The position numbers and the translations under genes were made by a program. A DNA stretch of 32,000 bases from Coprobacillaceae bacterium (GTDB lineage: Bacteria; Bacillota_I; Bacilli_A; Erysipelotrichales; Coprobacillaceae): the NCBI GenBank assembly GCA_963675915.1, contig OY780959.1, positions 1,200,001 to 1,232,000 of the forward strand. Reading direction: 5' to 3'. Below the pieces are notes generated by a model that saw only the letters and a list, made by a program, of their open reading frames with translations, made no database searches and had not been told where the DNA came from. Below, in pieces: positions 1-9,056 of this stretch (the stretch's first letter is position 1; the number at the start of each line of letters is the position of its first letter).

Positions 1-967
1 GTCGTACGATATCTTTTATTTTCCGATTTTCACAACTTTCGAGTCCGACCGAAATTGTCACTTCGACCCCGATCACCTCAACACAACGTTTCTCAAAAGA
101 ATCACAGATTCGTTGTTTAAGCTTATGAGCATCATCCGAGTCAATTTCATTGACGATCAAAACAAACTCATCCCCGCCATAACGGCCAAACAGATCCCTG
201 CTCCGGATTTCATGGGATACCACATCCGCAAAAATCCGCAACACATCATCACCACACTCATGGCCATGAACATCATTGATTGCTTTGAAATTATCAACAT
301 CGAAAAACATCAGATAAGCTCCGTCACATTTATGCTTGTTGATATGCATGTCATTTAAAACCGAGTCAATGTAACGCCGATTGTAAGTGTCGGTCAGATA
401 ATCCCGGGTTGTGCTTTTATAAAGACGATCCGAAAGACGGTTGTTGCGGGAAACAATATTATAGAAAATATATGAATTTCCAATTCCCACAATGGCCAGG
501 TGAATCAAGTACATAAGATCAAAAGCGCCCCTGGTGCTATAATCAGGCAATTCCATGAAAGTAAAATGCTCGATCAGACCAAAACCGATCACCTCCGCCA
601 ATAAGGCCACAATTACCGCCATCCCGGCCTTGTTGCCGTTGATATAGATGATAATGGTCGAAAACAGAAAAAAATACATTATCGCCATTTCCATTTGACC
701 CGAACTCCCCAAAATCGTAGTCGGAAAGAATATCAGCGGGATGAATGAAAACAACATCATTCGCAACCTGGGATGCCTGGTGATATATTCATAAAAACAG
801 ACCACACTGGTCAAGATCATCACCAAAATGGCATCCGAAAAGATGAGAATCGAAGAATTATGGTAGACGAAAATATCAAGATAAAACTCGATCACTGAAA
901 TAAAGAGGGCAATTTTGATTACAACTATTATGGTTCGATTTTTTTCAAGTAAATGATACGGCGTCAT
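1..967 (-). CDS. Membrane-anchored diguanylate cyclase (GGDEF domain). The 3' end is cut by the window edge.
   Basis: Absent from the ORF track because it runs off the window. The ATG at 967..965 follows the SD ctaggaggg. Hand translation of the minus strand in this frame gives ...RSRDLFGRYGGDEFVLIVNEIDSDDAHKLKQRICDSFEKRCVEVIGVEVTISVGL... The GGDEF codons lie at 178..164, in frame with the ATG, and an RxxD I-site (RSRD) sits five residues upstream. I found no in-frame stop in the ~240 nt I checked. The N-terminal ~170 aa look hydrophobic, consistent with several TM segments. Confidence 0.8.
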   Translation of the reverse strand, partial: MTPYHLLEKNRTIIVVIKIALFISVIEFYLDIFVYHNSSILIFSDAILVMILTSVVCFYEYITRHPRLRMMLFSFIPLIFFPTTILGSSGQMEMAIMYFFLFSTIIIYINGNKAGMAVIVALLAEVIGFGLIEHFTFMELPDYSTRGAFDLMYLIHLAIVGIGNSYIFYNIVSRNNRLSDRLYKSTTRDYLTDTYNRRYIDSVLNDMHINKHKCDGAYLMFFDVDNFKAINDVHGHECGDDVLRIFADVVSHEIRSRDLFGRYGGDEFVLIVNEIDSDDAHKLKQRICDSFEKRCVEVIGVEVTISVGLESCENRKIKDIVR

Positions 968-1563
968 AATTCCCTCCTAGTTACATTAGTCTATTATTTA
1001 TAATAATATCACACTAGTGTAAAAAACGCTACTAAAAACTCAAAATTATATAAAATTATGTCATATTATTTGAGGACTAATCATAAATTAGCATGATTTG
1101 ACAATAATATTACAACTTTATCCAATACTGGCAACTGATGCTCCTTTTTTATTCAACAAAAGATAAATTATGTGCCCAAATTTATCTCGTTTTTCCTTAT
1201 TTTACTCCGCCAGGTCACCATCCGCCGGTTTTTTCTCGGCCGCCCAGTAATATAATAGACACATGTGTCGTATTTTCCGGATTGAATAATCCTGCCCGCG
1301 ATGTTTTATTATGTCCTCTTGATTGCTTAGAAGTTTTTTCCAGTCAACTCATTATTCCCATAGCTTAGAACTGGATTTTGTTGACCTCAACAGAAGTACT
1401 TCCGACTTGATACGCTACTCAAAGGGAGTCAATAATGAAACTTTTTTTCATCATCGCGGCCAATAAACGAGAAGTTATGAAAATTAATAATGAACTCAAC
1501 CGGTGCCATTGTAGCGTTGAGTGGCTCATGCTATATTGATAATAGCTACAAGGAGGAAGAATA

Positions 1564-2919
1564 ATGAAATTTCCACAAGATTTTTTATGGGGTGGTGCAG
1601 TAACCGCCCATCAAACCGAAGGAGCCTACACAGAAGGCGGAAAATCCCCGGCCGTCTGTGATTTGTTCCCCAAACCGGAACATTCTGATTTCAAGGACGG
1701 GATTGACAGTTATCACCGTTATGATGAAGATTTCGCCTTATTTGAAGAGATGGGGTTCACCAGCTATCGCTTCTCAATCGACTGGTCTCGAGTAATGCCT
1801 GATGGGAAAAATTTCTCAGATGAAGGAATTGCCTTTTATCATCGTTTCATCGATTCCATGATTGCCCATGGGATGGAACCGATGTGTTCTTTATATCATT
1901 TCGAAATGCCTCAATGTCTGATGAATGAATTCAACGGATTTTATTCCCGTGAAGTGGTCAACCGCTTTGTCAAATATGCCAACCGGATGATTGATGAATA
2001 CGGATCAAAAGTCAAAAAATGGATTTCATTCAATGAACAAAATGCCATCGGCATCTATGGAAGTCCTAAAATCGCTTATGGGGCTGTCTGTCCTGAAGGC
2101 GTGGCTGAAGAACTGTTTGTCAACCAACTGGTCCACAATTCATTTGTCGCCCATGCCAAGGTTGTTGAAAAAGTGCATCAGTCAAATTCTGGAATCGTGC
2201 TGGGAATGGTTATCTACATCCCAATTTACGCAGCAACATGCAACCCTGAAGATGAAATTGAAGCCCGCAATCAGATGAGTGTATCCAATAATTTCTTCGA
2301 CATGTTTGTTCACGGCGAATATTCAAGCTACCGTCTGGCGGTGATGAAGAAAAACAATACCATGCCAAAAATGGAAGATGGCGATCTGGAACTGTTCAAG
2401 AACAATCCGGTTGACCTCTTGAGTCTTTCATACTACTTCTCGACTGTTGCCAGCAGCGGAAAAGCTTCAATCAGCATGGACGGCAACGCCAAAGCTGCCA
2501 TAAATCCGTATCTCACAGCGAGCGAATGGGGTTGGCAAATCGATCCGTTAGGTCTGCGAATCGCCCTACGTGACATCTATGCTAGATACCGGATGCCAAT
2601 CATGGTTGTTGAAAACGGTTTTGGGATTCGCGACGAACTGGTTGATGGGACTGTAATCGATGATGAAAGAATCAACTACATGTCCGAACATATCAAACAG
2701 ATTGCCCTGGCAATCGAGGATGGCGTGGAATGTCCCGGTTACCTGATGTGGGGACCAATCGATATCCTATCTTCCCAAGGGGAAATGGGAAAACGCTATG
2801 GGATGATCTATGTCAACCGTGATGACAAGAATCTCAAAGATATGAAGCGATACAAGAAAAAATCATTCAACTGGTACAAAAAAGTAATCGCCACCAACGG
2901 TGAGAGCCTGTTTGAATAA
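1564..2919 (+). CDS. Glycoside hydrolase family 1, probable 6-phospho-beta-glucosidase (divergent copy)
   Basis: 451-aa ORF preceded by the SD aaggagga. GH1 signatures are present: FPQDFLWGGAVTAHQTEG at the N-terminus, the acid/base motif FNEQN, the nucleophile motif VVENGFG, and a phosphate-pocket-like SSQGEMGKRYGMIYV near the C-terminus. Confidence 0.9.
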   Translation: MKFPQDFLWGGAVTAHQTEGAYTEGGKSPAVCDLFPKPEHSDFKDGIDSYHRYDEDFALFEEMGFTSYRFSIDWSRVMPDGKNFSDEGIAFYHRFIDSMIAHGMEPMCSLYHFEMPQCLMNEFNGFYSREVVNRFVKYANRMIDEYGSKVKKWISFNEQNAIGIYGSPKIAYGAVCPEGVAEELFVNQLVHNSFVAHAKVVEKVHQSNSGIVLGMVIYIPIYAATCNPEDEIEARNQMSVSNNFFDMFVHGEYSSYRLAVMKKNNTMPKMEDGDLELFKNNPVDLLSLSYYFSTVASSGKASISMDGNAKAAINPYLTASEWGWQIDPLGLRIALRDIYARYRMPIMVVENGFGIRDELVDGTVIDDERINYMSEHIKQIALAIEDGVECPGYLMWGPIDILSSQGEMGKRYGMIYVNRDDKNLKDMKRYKKKSFNWYKKVIATNGESLFE

Positions 2920-2928
2920 TCCCCAATG

Positions 2929-2954
2929 AAAAAGGAGGCTGCGGCCTCCTTTTT
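2929..2954. terminator. Bidirectional rho-independent terminator between the convergent GH1 and flavodoxin genes
   Basis: aaaaaGGAGGCtgcgGCCTCCttttt: a 6-bp GC stem flanked by an A-run and a T-run. It overlaps the flavodoxin stop codon. Confidence 0.7.
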
Positions 2955-3468
2955 ATAGATTATTATCAATCCAGAATTGAATTCTTTCTCTGGCATCAGG
3001 AGAATTCTCTCCGATGATTGCCAGTCCTTTTTCCACTTTGGCGCTTGGGCACAGTTTCTTGATATCATTTTCACTGGTACCAAGGCGGCTGCCTTCATGA
3101 GTGCAAAGCGGTTTAATAGTCTTATTTTCGAAATTGTATTTTTCCAGAAATGTCCAGACATGCATCGGCATTGTTCCCCAATAATTAGGGTAGCACAGAT
3201 AGACTGTATCATATTTGGCTAAGGTTGCCGGAGCATTTTTAAACGCTGGCCGGGCATTGGAAAGCTTATCTTCATGAGACTGATTCCAGGCAATGTCGTA
3301 ATTGGAATCATATGGCACTTCCGGTTCGATTTTGAACATTTCTCCGCCGGTGATTTCCTGAATGATATTGGCTACTACTTCAGTATTACCGACATCCAAG
3401 TCCTTCAGTTCCCCTGAAACAAAATTTTCCCCGGTTCTTGAAAAATAAACAATCAATGTATTTGTCAT
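2953..3468 (-). CDS. Flavodoxin-family protein
   Basis: MTNTLIVYFSRTGENF... is a typical flavodoxin FMN-loop N-terminus. I place the start at the internal ATG at 3468 because it follows the SD aaaggaggg by 7 nt. The upstream ATG at 3492 has no SD. Confidence 0.8.
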   Translation of the reverse strand: MTNTLIVYFSRTGENFVSGELKDLDVGNTEVVANIIQEITGGEMFKIEPEVPYDSNYDIAWNQSHEDKLSNARPAFKNAPATLAKYDTVYLCYPNYWGTMPMHVWTFLEKYNFENKTIKPLCTHEGSRLGTSENDIKKLCPSAKVEKGLAIIGENSPDARERIQFWIDNNL

Positions 3469-3490
3469 AATAAACCCTCCTTTTGAGTAC

Positions 3491-3518
3491 ATTATAATTC
3501 ATCCTATGATAATGTCCA
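3491..3518 (-). promoter_or_regulatory. Candidate sigma-A promoter for the flavodoxin gene
   Basis: On the minus strand this reads TGGACA-16 nt-TATAAT, about 20 nt upstream of the SD. Confidence 0.4.
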
Positions 3519-3530
3519 TCGATATACTCT

Positions 3531-4403
3531 TTAATCATCCTCCTGATCGAGGATTTCACGATAATATACGAATTTAGCCAGTTCTTCTTCAGACAGTTTA
3601 GGATATTGAGGATCCATCTCCTTCAATGTTTCAAGAATGATCTGGGACACCAGATATCTTGAAAACCACTTGTTGTCGGCCGGGATGATATACCAGGGAG
3701 CAATATCACTGGCCGTGTTTTGGATAACTTCTTCATAAGTTTTCTGGAATTCATCAAAATGATCACGATCGACCAAATCGCCGGGATCAAACTTCCAATT
3801 CTTATCCGGCTCATCCAACCTGGCTAAAAACCGGGTTTTTTGTTCCTTCTTGGAAATGTGTAGAAATATTTTGACGATGCGGTAGCTCTCGTCATAAAGA
3901 TATTGTTCGAAATGACGGATATGACTCTGACGCTTTTCAAAAAAACTGTCATCTTCAAGACAACGAGGCATCATATTATATTTCAGATGCAATTTATGAA
4001 CCTTGACCGTGAGAACATCTTCATAATAGGAACGGTTGAAAATCGCAATCTTTCCCCGCTCAGGAGTCATTTTGAAGACCCGCCACATGAAGTCATGCTC
4101 AAGATCACCACTCTGCGGTTTCTTGAAATCTCTGACCACGACCCCCGCCGGATTGATTCCCGATGTCACTTGCTTGATCGTGCTGTCTTTACCTCCGGCA
4201 TCCATGGCCTGGAGAATAATAATCAGCCCTTCTTTTTTCTGGGCAAATAGTTTCTCTTGATACTCGATAATTTCGGCGATGTTTTTCTCTGCCTTTTCAA
4301 TGTATTTCGACCGGGAATCACCATTATCAGCCTCGGTATCAAGTTTATCAAGATTGATTTTTTTTGAAGAATCGGTATAGCGATAATCACTTATTTTCAT
4401 CAT
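3531..4403 (-). CDS. Polyphosphate kinase 2 family (polyphosphate:nucleotide phosphotransferase)
   Basis: 290-aa ORF with the PPK2 P-loop region LQAMDAGGKDSTIK, followed by FNRSYYEDVL and a single PPK2 domain. The start could be the ATG at 4403 or the adjacent one at 4400. Confidence 0.85.
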   Translation of the reverse strand: MMKISDYRYTDSSKKINLDKLDTEADNGDSRSKYIEKAEKNIAEIIEYQEKLFAQKKEGLIIILQAMDAGGKDSTIKQVTSGINPAGVVVRDFKKPQSGDLEHDFMWRVFKMTPERGKIAIFNRSYYEDVLTVKVHKLHLKYNMMPRCLEDDSFFEKRQSHIRHFEQYLYDESYRIVKIFLHISKKEQKTRFLARLDEPDKNWKFDPGDLVDRDHFDEFQKTYEEVIQNTASDIAPWYIIPADNKWFSRYLVSQIILETLKEMDPQYPKLSEEELAKFVYYREILDQEDD

Positions 4404-4505
4404 TTCACCACCCTTCTGGTCTCTAAACTCCTTATCTAAGACAATTATAACACAGATAGTTGACCATATAAATCAAATAACCCACCATGTAAACAAAAAC
4501 AGAAG

Positions 4506-4533
4506 TAAAAAAAGCGGCACTCAAAATGCCGCT
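4506..4533 (-). terminator. Rho-independent terminator downstream of leuS
   Basis: On the minus strand this reads AGCGGCAttttgagTGCCGCT followed by TTTTTTT, starting 16 nt after the leuS stop. Confidence 0.75.
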
Positions 4534-4548
4534 TCTTTAACCATTCAA

Positions 4549-6945
4549 TTATTTTACTACGATATTGACGATTTTATTTTTAACTACGATTATTTTGACA
4601 ATGTTTTTGCCTTCTGTATGGATTTTGACGTTGCTTTCGCTCAAAGCCAGTTCTTTGACTTTTTCATCATCTTCGTCAAGCGCCACATTGATTTTCGCTC
4701 TTACTTTACCGTTGACCTGTACGACAACTTGAACTTCATCTTCTATCAGCATCGCTTCATCGAAGGTTGGCCAAGGAGCATACGTGATTGATTCTTCATG
4801 ACCAAGTGCTTGCCACAATTCTTCACCGACATGAGGTGCGATACATGACAGCATCTTCACGAAGTTTTCAGCATATTCACGGTAAACAACTTCATTTTTA
4901 TAACATTCATTGATGAAAATCATCATTTGGGAAATTGCAGTATTGAATCCCAGCGTTTCAAAGTCTTCAGTGACTTTTTTGACTGTCTGATGATAAACTC
5001 GGTCGAGGTTCTTGTCATTTTCAGCCACGATTCGTTTTTCATCAGTGATCAGACGGTAAACACGGTCAAGCCATTTTCTTGAACCGTCAAGACCGTTGGT
5101 CGACCAAGGCAATGCCGATTCCAATGGACCCATGAACATTTCATAAAGTCGCAGAGTATCCGCACCATGAGTTGCAATGATATCATCAGGATTGATGACG
5201 TTCCCTCTTGATTTAGACATTTTTTCACCGTTATCCCCAAGGATCATTCCTTGATGGAACAGTCTTTGCCATGGTTCTTTGCAGTCTACCACTCCGGCAT
5301 CATAAAGGACTTTATGCCAGAAACGAGAGTAAAGCAAGTGCAATACGGCATGTTCAGCTCCACCGATATAAAGATCAACCGGTAACCAGTGTTTGATCAA
5401 CTCCGGATCACAAATCTGATCATCATTATTTGGATCGATATAGCGGATGTAGTACCAACAAGATCCCGCCCATTGAGGCATGGTGTTGGTCTCGCGACGT
5501 CCTTTGACTCCGTCGATTTCCACATTCAGCCAGTCTTCAACATTGGCCAATGGTGATTCTCCGGTATCCGAAGGTTTGAAGTTGTTGGTAGCTGGAAGTT
5601 CCAACGGCAACTCTTCAACCGGTACGGTACGCATGGTTCCATCTTCCATATGGACGATTGGAATCGGTTCACCCCAGTATCTTTGTCTTGAGAACAGCCA
5701 ATCACGCAATTTATAAGTGACTTTAGCGCCTCCGACTTTATGGTCTTCCAACCATTTGATCATGGTTGCAATTCCATCTTCTTTGTTCATTCCATCAAGG
5801 AAACCGGAATTGATATGCACCCCGTCGCCAGTGAAAGCTTCTTGAGTGACATCGCCACCTTCAAGAACCGGAATGATTTCGATTCCGAATTGATCAGCGA
5901 ATTCCCAGTCACGGGTATCATGAGCCGGAACGGCCATGATTGCTCCGGTACCATAACTTGCCAATACATAATCAGCGATCCAGATTGGAATCTCTTTGCC
6001 ATTGACCGGATTGATCGCATAAGCTCCAGTGAACACTCCGGTTTTTTCTTTAGCCAGGTCAGTTCTTTCCAAATCCGATTTAGAAGCAATTTCCTCACGG
6101 TATTTTTCAACAGCTTCTTTTTGGGCGGCGCTGCAGATTTCATCAACATATGGATGTTCCGGTGCCAGAACGCAGTATGTCGCTCCAAACAGGGTATCGC
6201 AACGAGTCGTAAAGACTGTGAATACCTTGTCAGTGTTGGCAACTGTGAAATCAACTTCAGCCCCTACTGATTTTCCAATCCAGTTACGTTGCATTTGTTT
6301 GGTCGCTTCAGGCCAGTCAAGTTCTTCAAGATCATCAAGCAGTCTTTCCGCATATTCAGTGATCTTAAGCACCCATTGACGCATTGGTTTACGGATTACC
6401 GGGAAACCGCCACGTTCTGATTTACCATCGATTACTTCTTCGTTGGCCAGAACCGCTTTTAACTCCGGACACCAGTTTACTGGAATCTCATCGACATAAG
6501 CCAATCCCATATCGTATAATTTAGTGAAAATCCATTGCGTCCATTTATAGTAATCAGGTGAGCTGGTCGCGATTTCACGATCCCAGTCATATGAGAATCC
6601 CAATGATTGGATTTGTTTTCTGAAAACATCGATATTTTTCTTTGTGAATTCCGCCGGATGGTTACCGGTATTGATTGCGTACTGTTCAGCCGGCAATCCG
6701 AATGAATCGAATCCCATCGGATGCAGAACATTGTAGCCCTGCATTCTTTTCATTCTTGAAACGATGTCAGTTGCTGTATACCCCTCTGGATGTCCTACAT
6801 GCAGTCCGTTACCTGAAGGGTACGGGAACATGTCGACACAATAAAATTTCTCCTTACTAAAATCATGAGTATCAGTTGCATATGTTTTGTTTTTCAGCCA
6901 ATACTCTTGCCATTTTGCTTCAATTGAGCGATGTTCAAAAGCCAT
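4549..6945 (-). CDS. leuS: Leucine--tRNA ligase
   Basis: 798-aa ORF with the class I HIGH motif ([10 protein letters not shown]), the KMSKS motif (EKMSKSRGN) and an editing-domain region. The SD is aaggagga. A T-box leader with a Leu specifier lies upstream. Confidence 0.97.
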   Translation of the reverse strand: MAFEHRSIEAKWQEYWLKNKTYATDTHDFSKEKFYCVDMFPYPSGNGLHVGHPEGYTATDIVSRMKRMQGYNVLHPMGFDSFGLPAEQYAINTGNHPAEFTKKNIDVFRKQIQSLGFSYDWDREIATSSPDYYKWTQWIFTKLYDMGLAYVDEIPVNWCPELKAVLANEEVIDGKSERGGFPVIRKPMRQWVLKITEYAERLLDDLEELDWPEATKQMQRNWIGKSVGAEVDFTVANTDKVFTVFTTRCDTLFGATYCVLAPEHPYVDEICSAAQKEAVEKYREEIASKSDLERTDLAKEKTGVFTGAYAINPVNGKEIPIWIADYVLASYGTGAIMAVPAHDTRDWEFADQFGIEIIPVLEGGDVTQEAFTGDGVHINSGFLDGMNKEDGIATMIKWLEDHKVGGAKVTYKLRDWLFSRQRYWGEPIPIVHMEDGTMRTVPVEELPLELPATNNFKPSDTGESPLANVEDWLNVEIDGVKGRRETNTMPQWAGSCWYYIRYIDPNNDDQICDPELIKHWLPVDLYIGGAEHAVLHLLYSRFWHKVLYDAGVVDCKEPWQRLFHQGMILGDNGEKMSKSRGNVINPDDIIATHGADTLRLYEMFMGPLESALPWSTNGLDGSRKWLDRVYRLITDEKRIVAENDKNLDRVYHQTVKKVTEDFETLGFNTAISQMMIFINECYKNEVVYREYAENFVKMLSCIAPHVGEELWQALGHEESITYAPWPTFDEAMLIEDEVQVVVQVNGKVRAKINVALDEDDEKVKELALSESNVKIHTEGKNIVKIIVVKNKIVNIVVK

Positions 6946-6963
6946 AATTATCCTCCTTAAAAT

Positions 6964-7183
6964 AAAAAAAGCCGTCCCTGTCTAAGGACGACTTTGCGCG
7001 TTACCACCTTAGTTCCAATTGCTTGGCACCTCAAAACTTTAACGCAGTCAACGGCATAAACTAATTATTCATCTATGCATCTCCAAGGCGAGTTCACCGC
7101 TAGTTATGATAGTTTTCACCAACCACTATCTCTCTAGAATAACATCACAAGCTACTATTCCTTTTCATTGATTTTAATTTTAC
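6964..7183 (-). promoter_or_regulatory. T-box riboswitch leader (Leu, specifier CUC) with a terminator/antiterminator
   Basis: Minus-strand elements, in order: an ATGA..GA K-turn-like motif; an AGTA box; an AGAGAG bulge; a GATAGT/ACTATC hairpin with a GGTTGGTGAAA distal loop; GAA-CUC-G in the specifier-loop position (CUC at 7092..7090); the conserved T-box AACTAAGGTGGTAACGCG (about 6997..7014); and the terminator GTCGTCCttagacagGGACGGC followed by TTTTTTT. Confidence 0.85.
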
Positions 7184-7189
7184 CACTAG

Positions 7190-7219
7190 ATTATAGCACA
7201 AATTAATTCTTATCTTCAA
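7190..7219 (-). promoter_or_regulatory. Candidate leuS promoter with an extended -10
   Basis: On the minus strand this reads TTGAAG-18 nt-TATAAT, with TGc immediately upstream of the -10 (TGcTATAAT). Confidence 0.5.
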
Positions 7220-7226
7220 GGTTTTT

Positions 7227-9053
7227 TTATCTAAGCTTCAAAACATTTATCGGTTCGAGTTTCGCGGCGATAATTGCCGGAATCAGGGTCACTCCCAAAG
7301 TAAGGCCAAGGGCCGCCAAATAGACCGCCAGCGCGGGAATTGGCTTGATTGCAACAAAGCTGTCATTAAGCAGTTCACCGCCAAAAAACTGTCCCATAAG
7401 CGAATTGATCCCCCGCCCCAACAGGAACGTCTCGATAACAGCTATCAAAAATCCGCAGCTGACCAACACCATAACTTCTCCCAGCTCCAGAATCATGACC
7501 TCGCGGCGTCTGGCCCCCAAAATCCGGTAAATTCCGGTATTCTTGCGGTTTTTCAAGACGCAAAGATACATGACTTCCCCCACCAGAAAAACCGCCGCCA
7601 ATAGCGACAGACCGCTAAAATAGCCCAGCGCGAGACTGATGCGATTCATCACGTCATTGATATCACTGCTAAGACTGGCTCCCAGCTGCCGGATTGACAG
7701 TTCGCCGTATTTTTGCTCAAGATACTCCTGGTCCAGCTCGCTCCCGGTCAGGGTGACAAATTCGCCCTGAAGAGCTAAAGGATCTTGGTAAAATAGCTTT
7801 GCCACCTGGTTGATATAAGCAAGCTCGTCAAAGCTGATGGCATCAAAGACACCAGGCCGGGGATCGACTCCGGCAATCACGACAGGATATGATTTCAACT
7901 CCTCATGGTACCGGTAGTAAACATTGATTGTGGTCCCGACCAGGTTTTTTGCCCCGCCTAACCGTCGGGCCAGTTTGGCAGAGACAACCACCCCTGGCTG
8001 GGTAATTGAATCGGGTTTGGCCCCGGTGGGATCTTCGACAAAGATTAGTTCTTCTTCGTCTTGATTCGGTTTTTGGGCGACCCCGACCAACTGATACTCG
8101 TCAAGAAGCAAGTACAGATGGGCTATTGCTTCATCTTGTTGAAACTTCTCCAGCGAGTTCAGATTGAACCGGCCGCCATCTTTTCGCTTAATCGTGTAAG
8201 TGGTGGTACCAAACATATTGGTCAACTCGAGGTTTATTTCTTCTTGGAAACCAGTCGCTACAAACAAGGTCGTCAAAATCGTCACAAAGGCCAGCACCAA
8301 CCCGGCCATCATTTTCAAATTGGCCTTGAGATCCATCCGCAATTGAAGTTTGATCAACGCCATTAGTCGATGGCGCTCAACCGGTACCCCCGCCACTTCA
8401 CCTTCCCGGCTTTTATTGAGGGGAACATGATAGCGTTCCAGATGGTCAAAATCAATCACCCCGTCACTCCCCTCATCAATCAGACTTCGATCATGGGTGA
8501 TCACCAGGACCAACCGGTCCTGGGCCAACTCCTTGAGATAATCAAGAACAATCCGGGCATTGGCTTGATCCAGACTCCCAGTGGGCTCATCACACAGGAC
8601 AATCCGTGGCCGCGTTACCATCATTCGCATCAAGGCAACCCGACTTTTCTGACCACCGGAGATCTTAAGAATACTGCGGTTGCCAATCTGGCTTATTCCC
8701 AGCTCACCAAGAATTTTCTCCCGTTCGACCCGACCGACAATCCGGTTGAACAGTCCTGGCAGCAGGTAATTATTGCGGCAATCGAGCCGATTGATCAGAT
8801 GGAACGACTGGAACAGATAGGCGACATAACCGCCCTGGTAATTCCGGATCTTTCTTATGTCGGTCCCATTGTAATCAATCCCCCCTTGATAATCTTCATC
8901 GATTTTCCCGATCAGGTTGAAAAGGGTCGATTTGCCCGTACCCGACCGACCAATGATAAAATACAGGCCCCGGTCGGGAAACCTGAGATTCAAATTGGTG
9001 AAGACAGCCTCACCTTGATGATATGATTTTTCCAGTCCCGTTATTTCCAACAT
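7227..9053 (-). CDS. Fused ABC transporter ATP-binding domain plus FtsX-type permease (MacB-like architecture)
   Basis: 608 aa. Walker A is GRSGTGKST, the signature is ISGGQKSRVAL, Walker B is VLCDEPTGSLD and the H-loop is ITHD. These are followed by TM1, a ~200-aa extracytoplasmic segment, and three C-terminal TM helices typical of FtsX/MacB permeases. Confidence 0.85.
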   Translation of the reverse strand: MLEITGLEKSYHQGEAVFTNLNLRFPDRGLYFIIGRSGTGKSTLFNLIGKIDEDYQGGIDYNGTDIRKIRNYQGGYVAYLFQSFHLINRLDCRNNYLLPGLFNRIVGRVEREKILGELGISQIGNRSILKISGGQKSRVALMRMMVTRPRIVLCDEPTGSLDQANARIVLDYLKELAQDRLVLVITHDRSLIDEGSDGVIDFDHLERYHVPLNKSREGEVAGVPVERHRLMALIKLQLRMDLKANLKMMAGLVLAFVTILTTLFVATGFQEEINLELTNMFGTTTYTIKRKDGGRFNLNSLEKFQQDEAIAHLYLLLDEYQLVGVAQKPNQDEEELIFVEDPTGAKPDSITQPGVVVSAKLARRLGGAKNLVGTTINVYYRYHEELKSYPVVIAGVDPRPGVFDAISFDELAYINQVAKLFYQDPLALQGEFVTLTGSELDQEYLEQKYGELSIRQLGASLSSDINDVMNRISLALGYFSGLSLLAAVFLVGEVMYLCVLKNRKNTGIYRILGARRREVMILELGEVMVLVSCGFLIAVIETFLLGRGINSLMGQFFGGELLNDSFVAIKPIPALAVYLAALGLTLGVTLIPAIIAAKLEPINVLKLR

Positions 9054-9056
9054 CCT

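Noticed and set aside
113-358. 81-aa plus-strand ORF from the track
   Set aside because: It lies entirely antisense to the GGDEF domain coding region, which has an unambiguous RYGGDEF motif on the minus strand. It has no SD.
1279-1305. GGATTGAATAATCC hairpin, considered as a possible RAT (BglG/LicT antiterminator target) upstream of the GH1 gene
   Set aside because: It does not match the RAT consensus as I remember it (GGATTGTTACTG...CAGGCAAAACC). No overlapping terminator is present, and no BglG-family gene is in the window.
1138-1368. 76-aa plus-strand ORF in the long intergenic region
   Set aside because: It has no SD. The sequence is proline-rich and low in complexity (FTPPGHHPPVFSRPPS), with no recognisable motif. 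It spans the hairpin and palindrome elements. I treat the region as non-coding and discuss it in the findings.
2953-3492. Longer ORF-track starts for the flavodoxin (3492), hpf (12477), metK (13743), the ABC exporter (16156), the CoADR fusion (25431) and the HAD hydrolase (31317)
   Set aside because: In each case an internal ATG lies 5-9 nt after a strong GGAGG-type SD and gives the canonical family N-terminus. The upstream ATG has no SD, and for metK it overlaps the leader terminator.
5740-6270. 176-aa plus-strand ORF, together with the other 60-155-aa ORFs inside 5049..6860 on either strand
   Set aside because: These are shadow ORFs, antisense or out of frame, inside the strongly supported leuS gene. 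None has an SD or a recognisable motif.
8370-9026. 218-aa plus-strand ORF
   Set aside because: It is antisense to the nucleotide-binding domain of the 7227..9053 ABC gene. Long antisense ORFs are common opposite ABC NBDs, and this one has no motifs or SD. The same reasoning applies to 8061..8366, 9927..10364 and 10599..10850.
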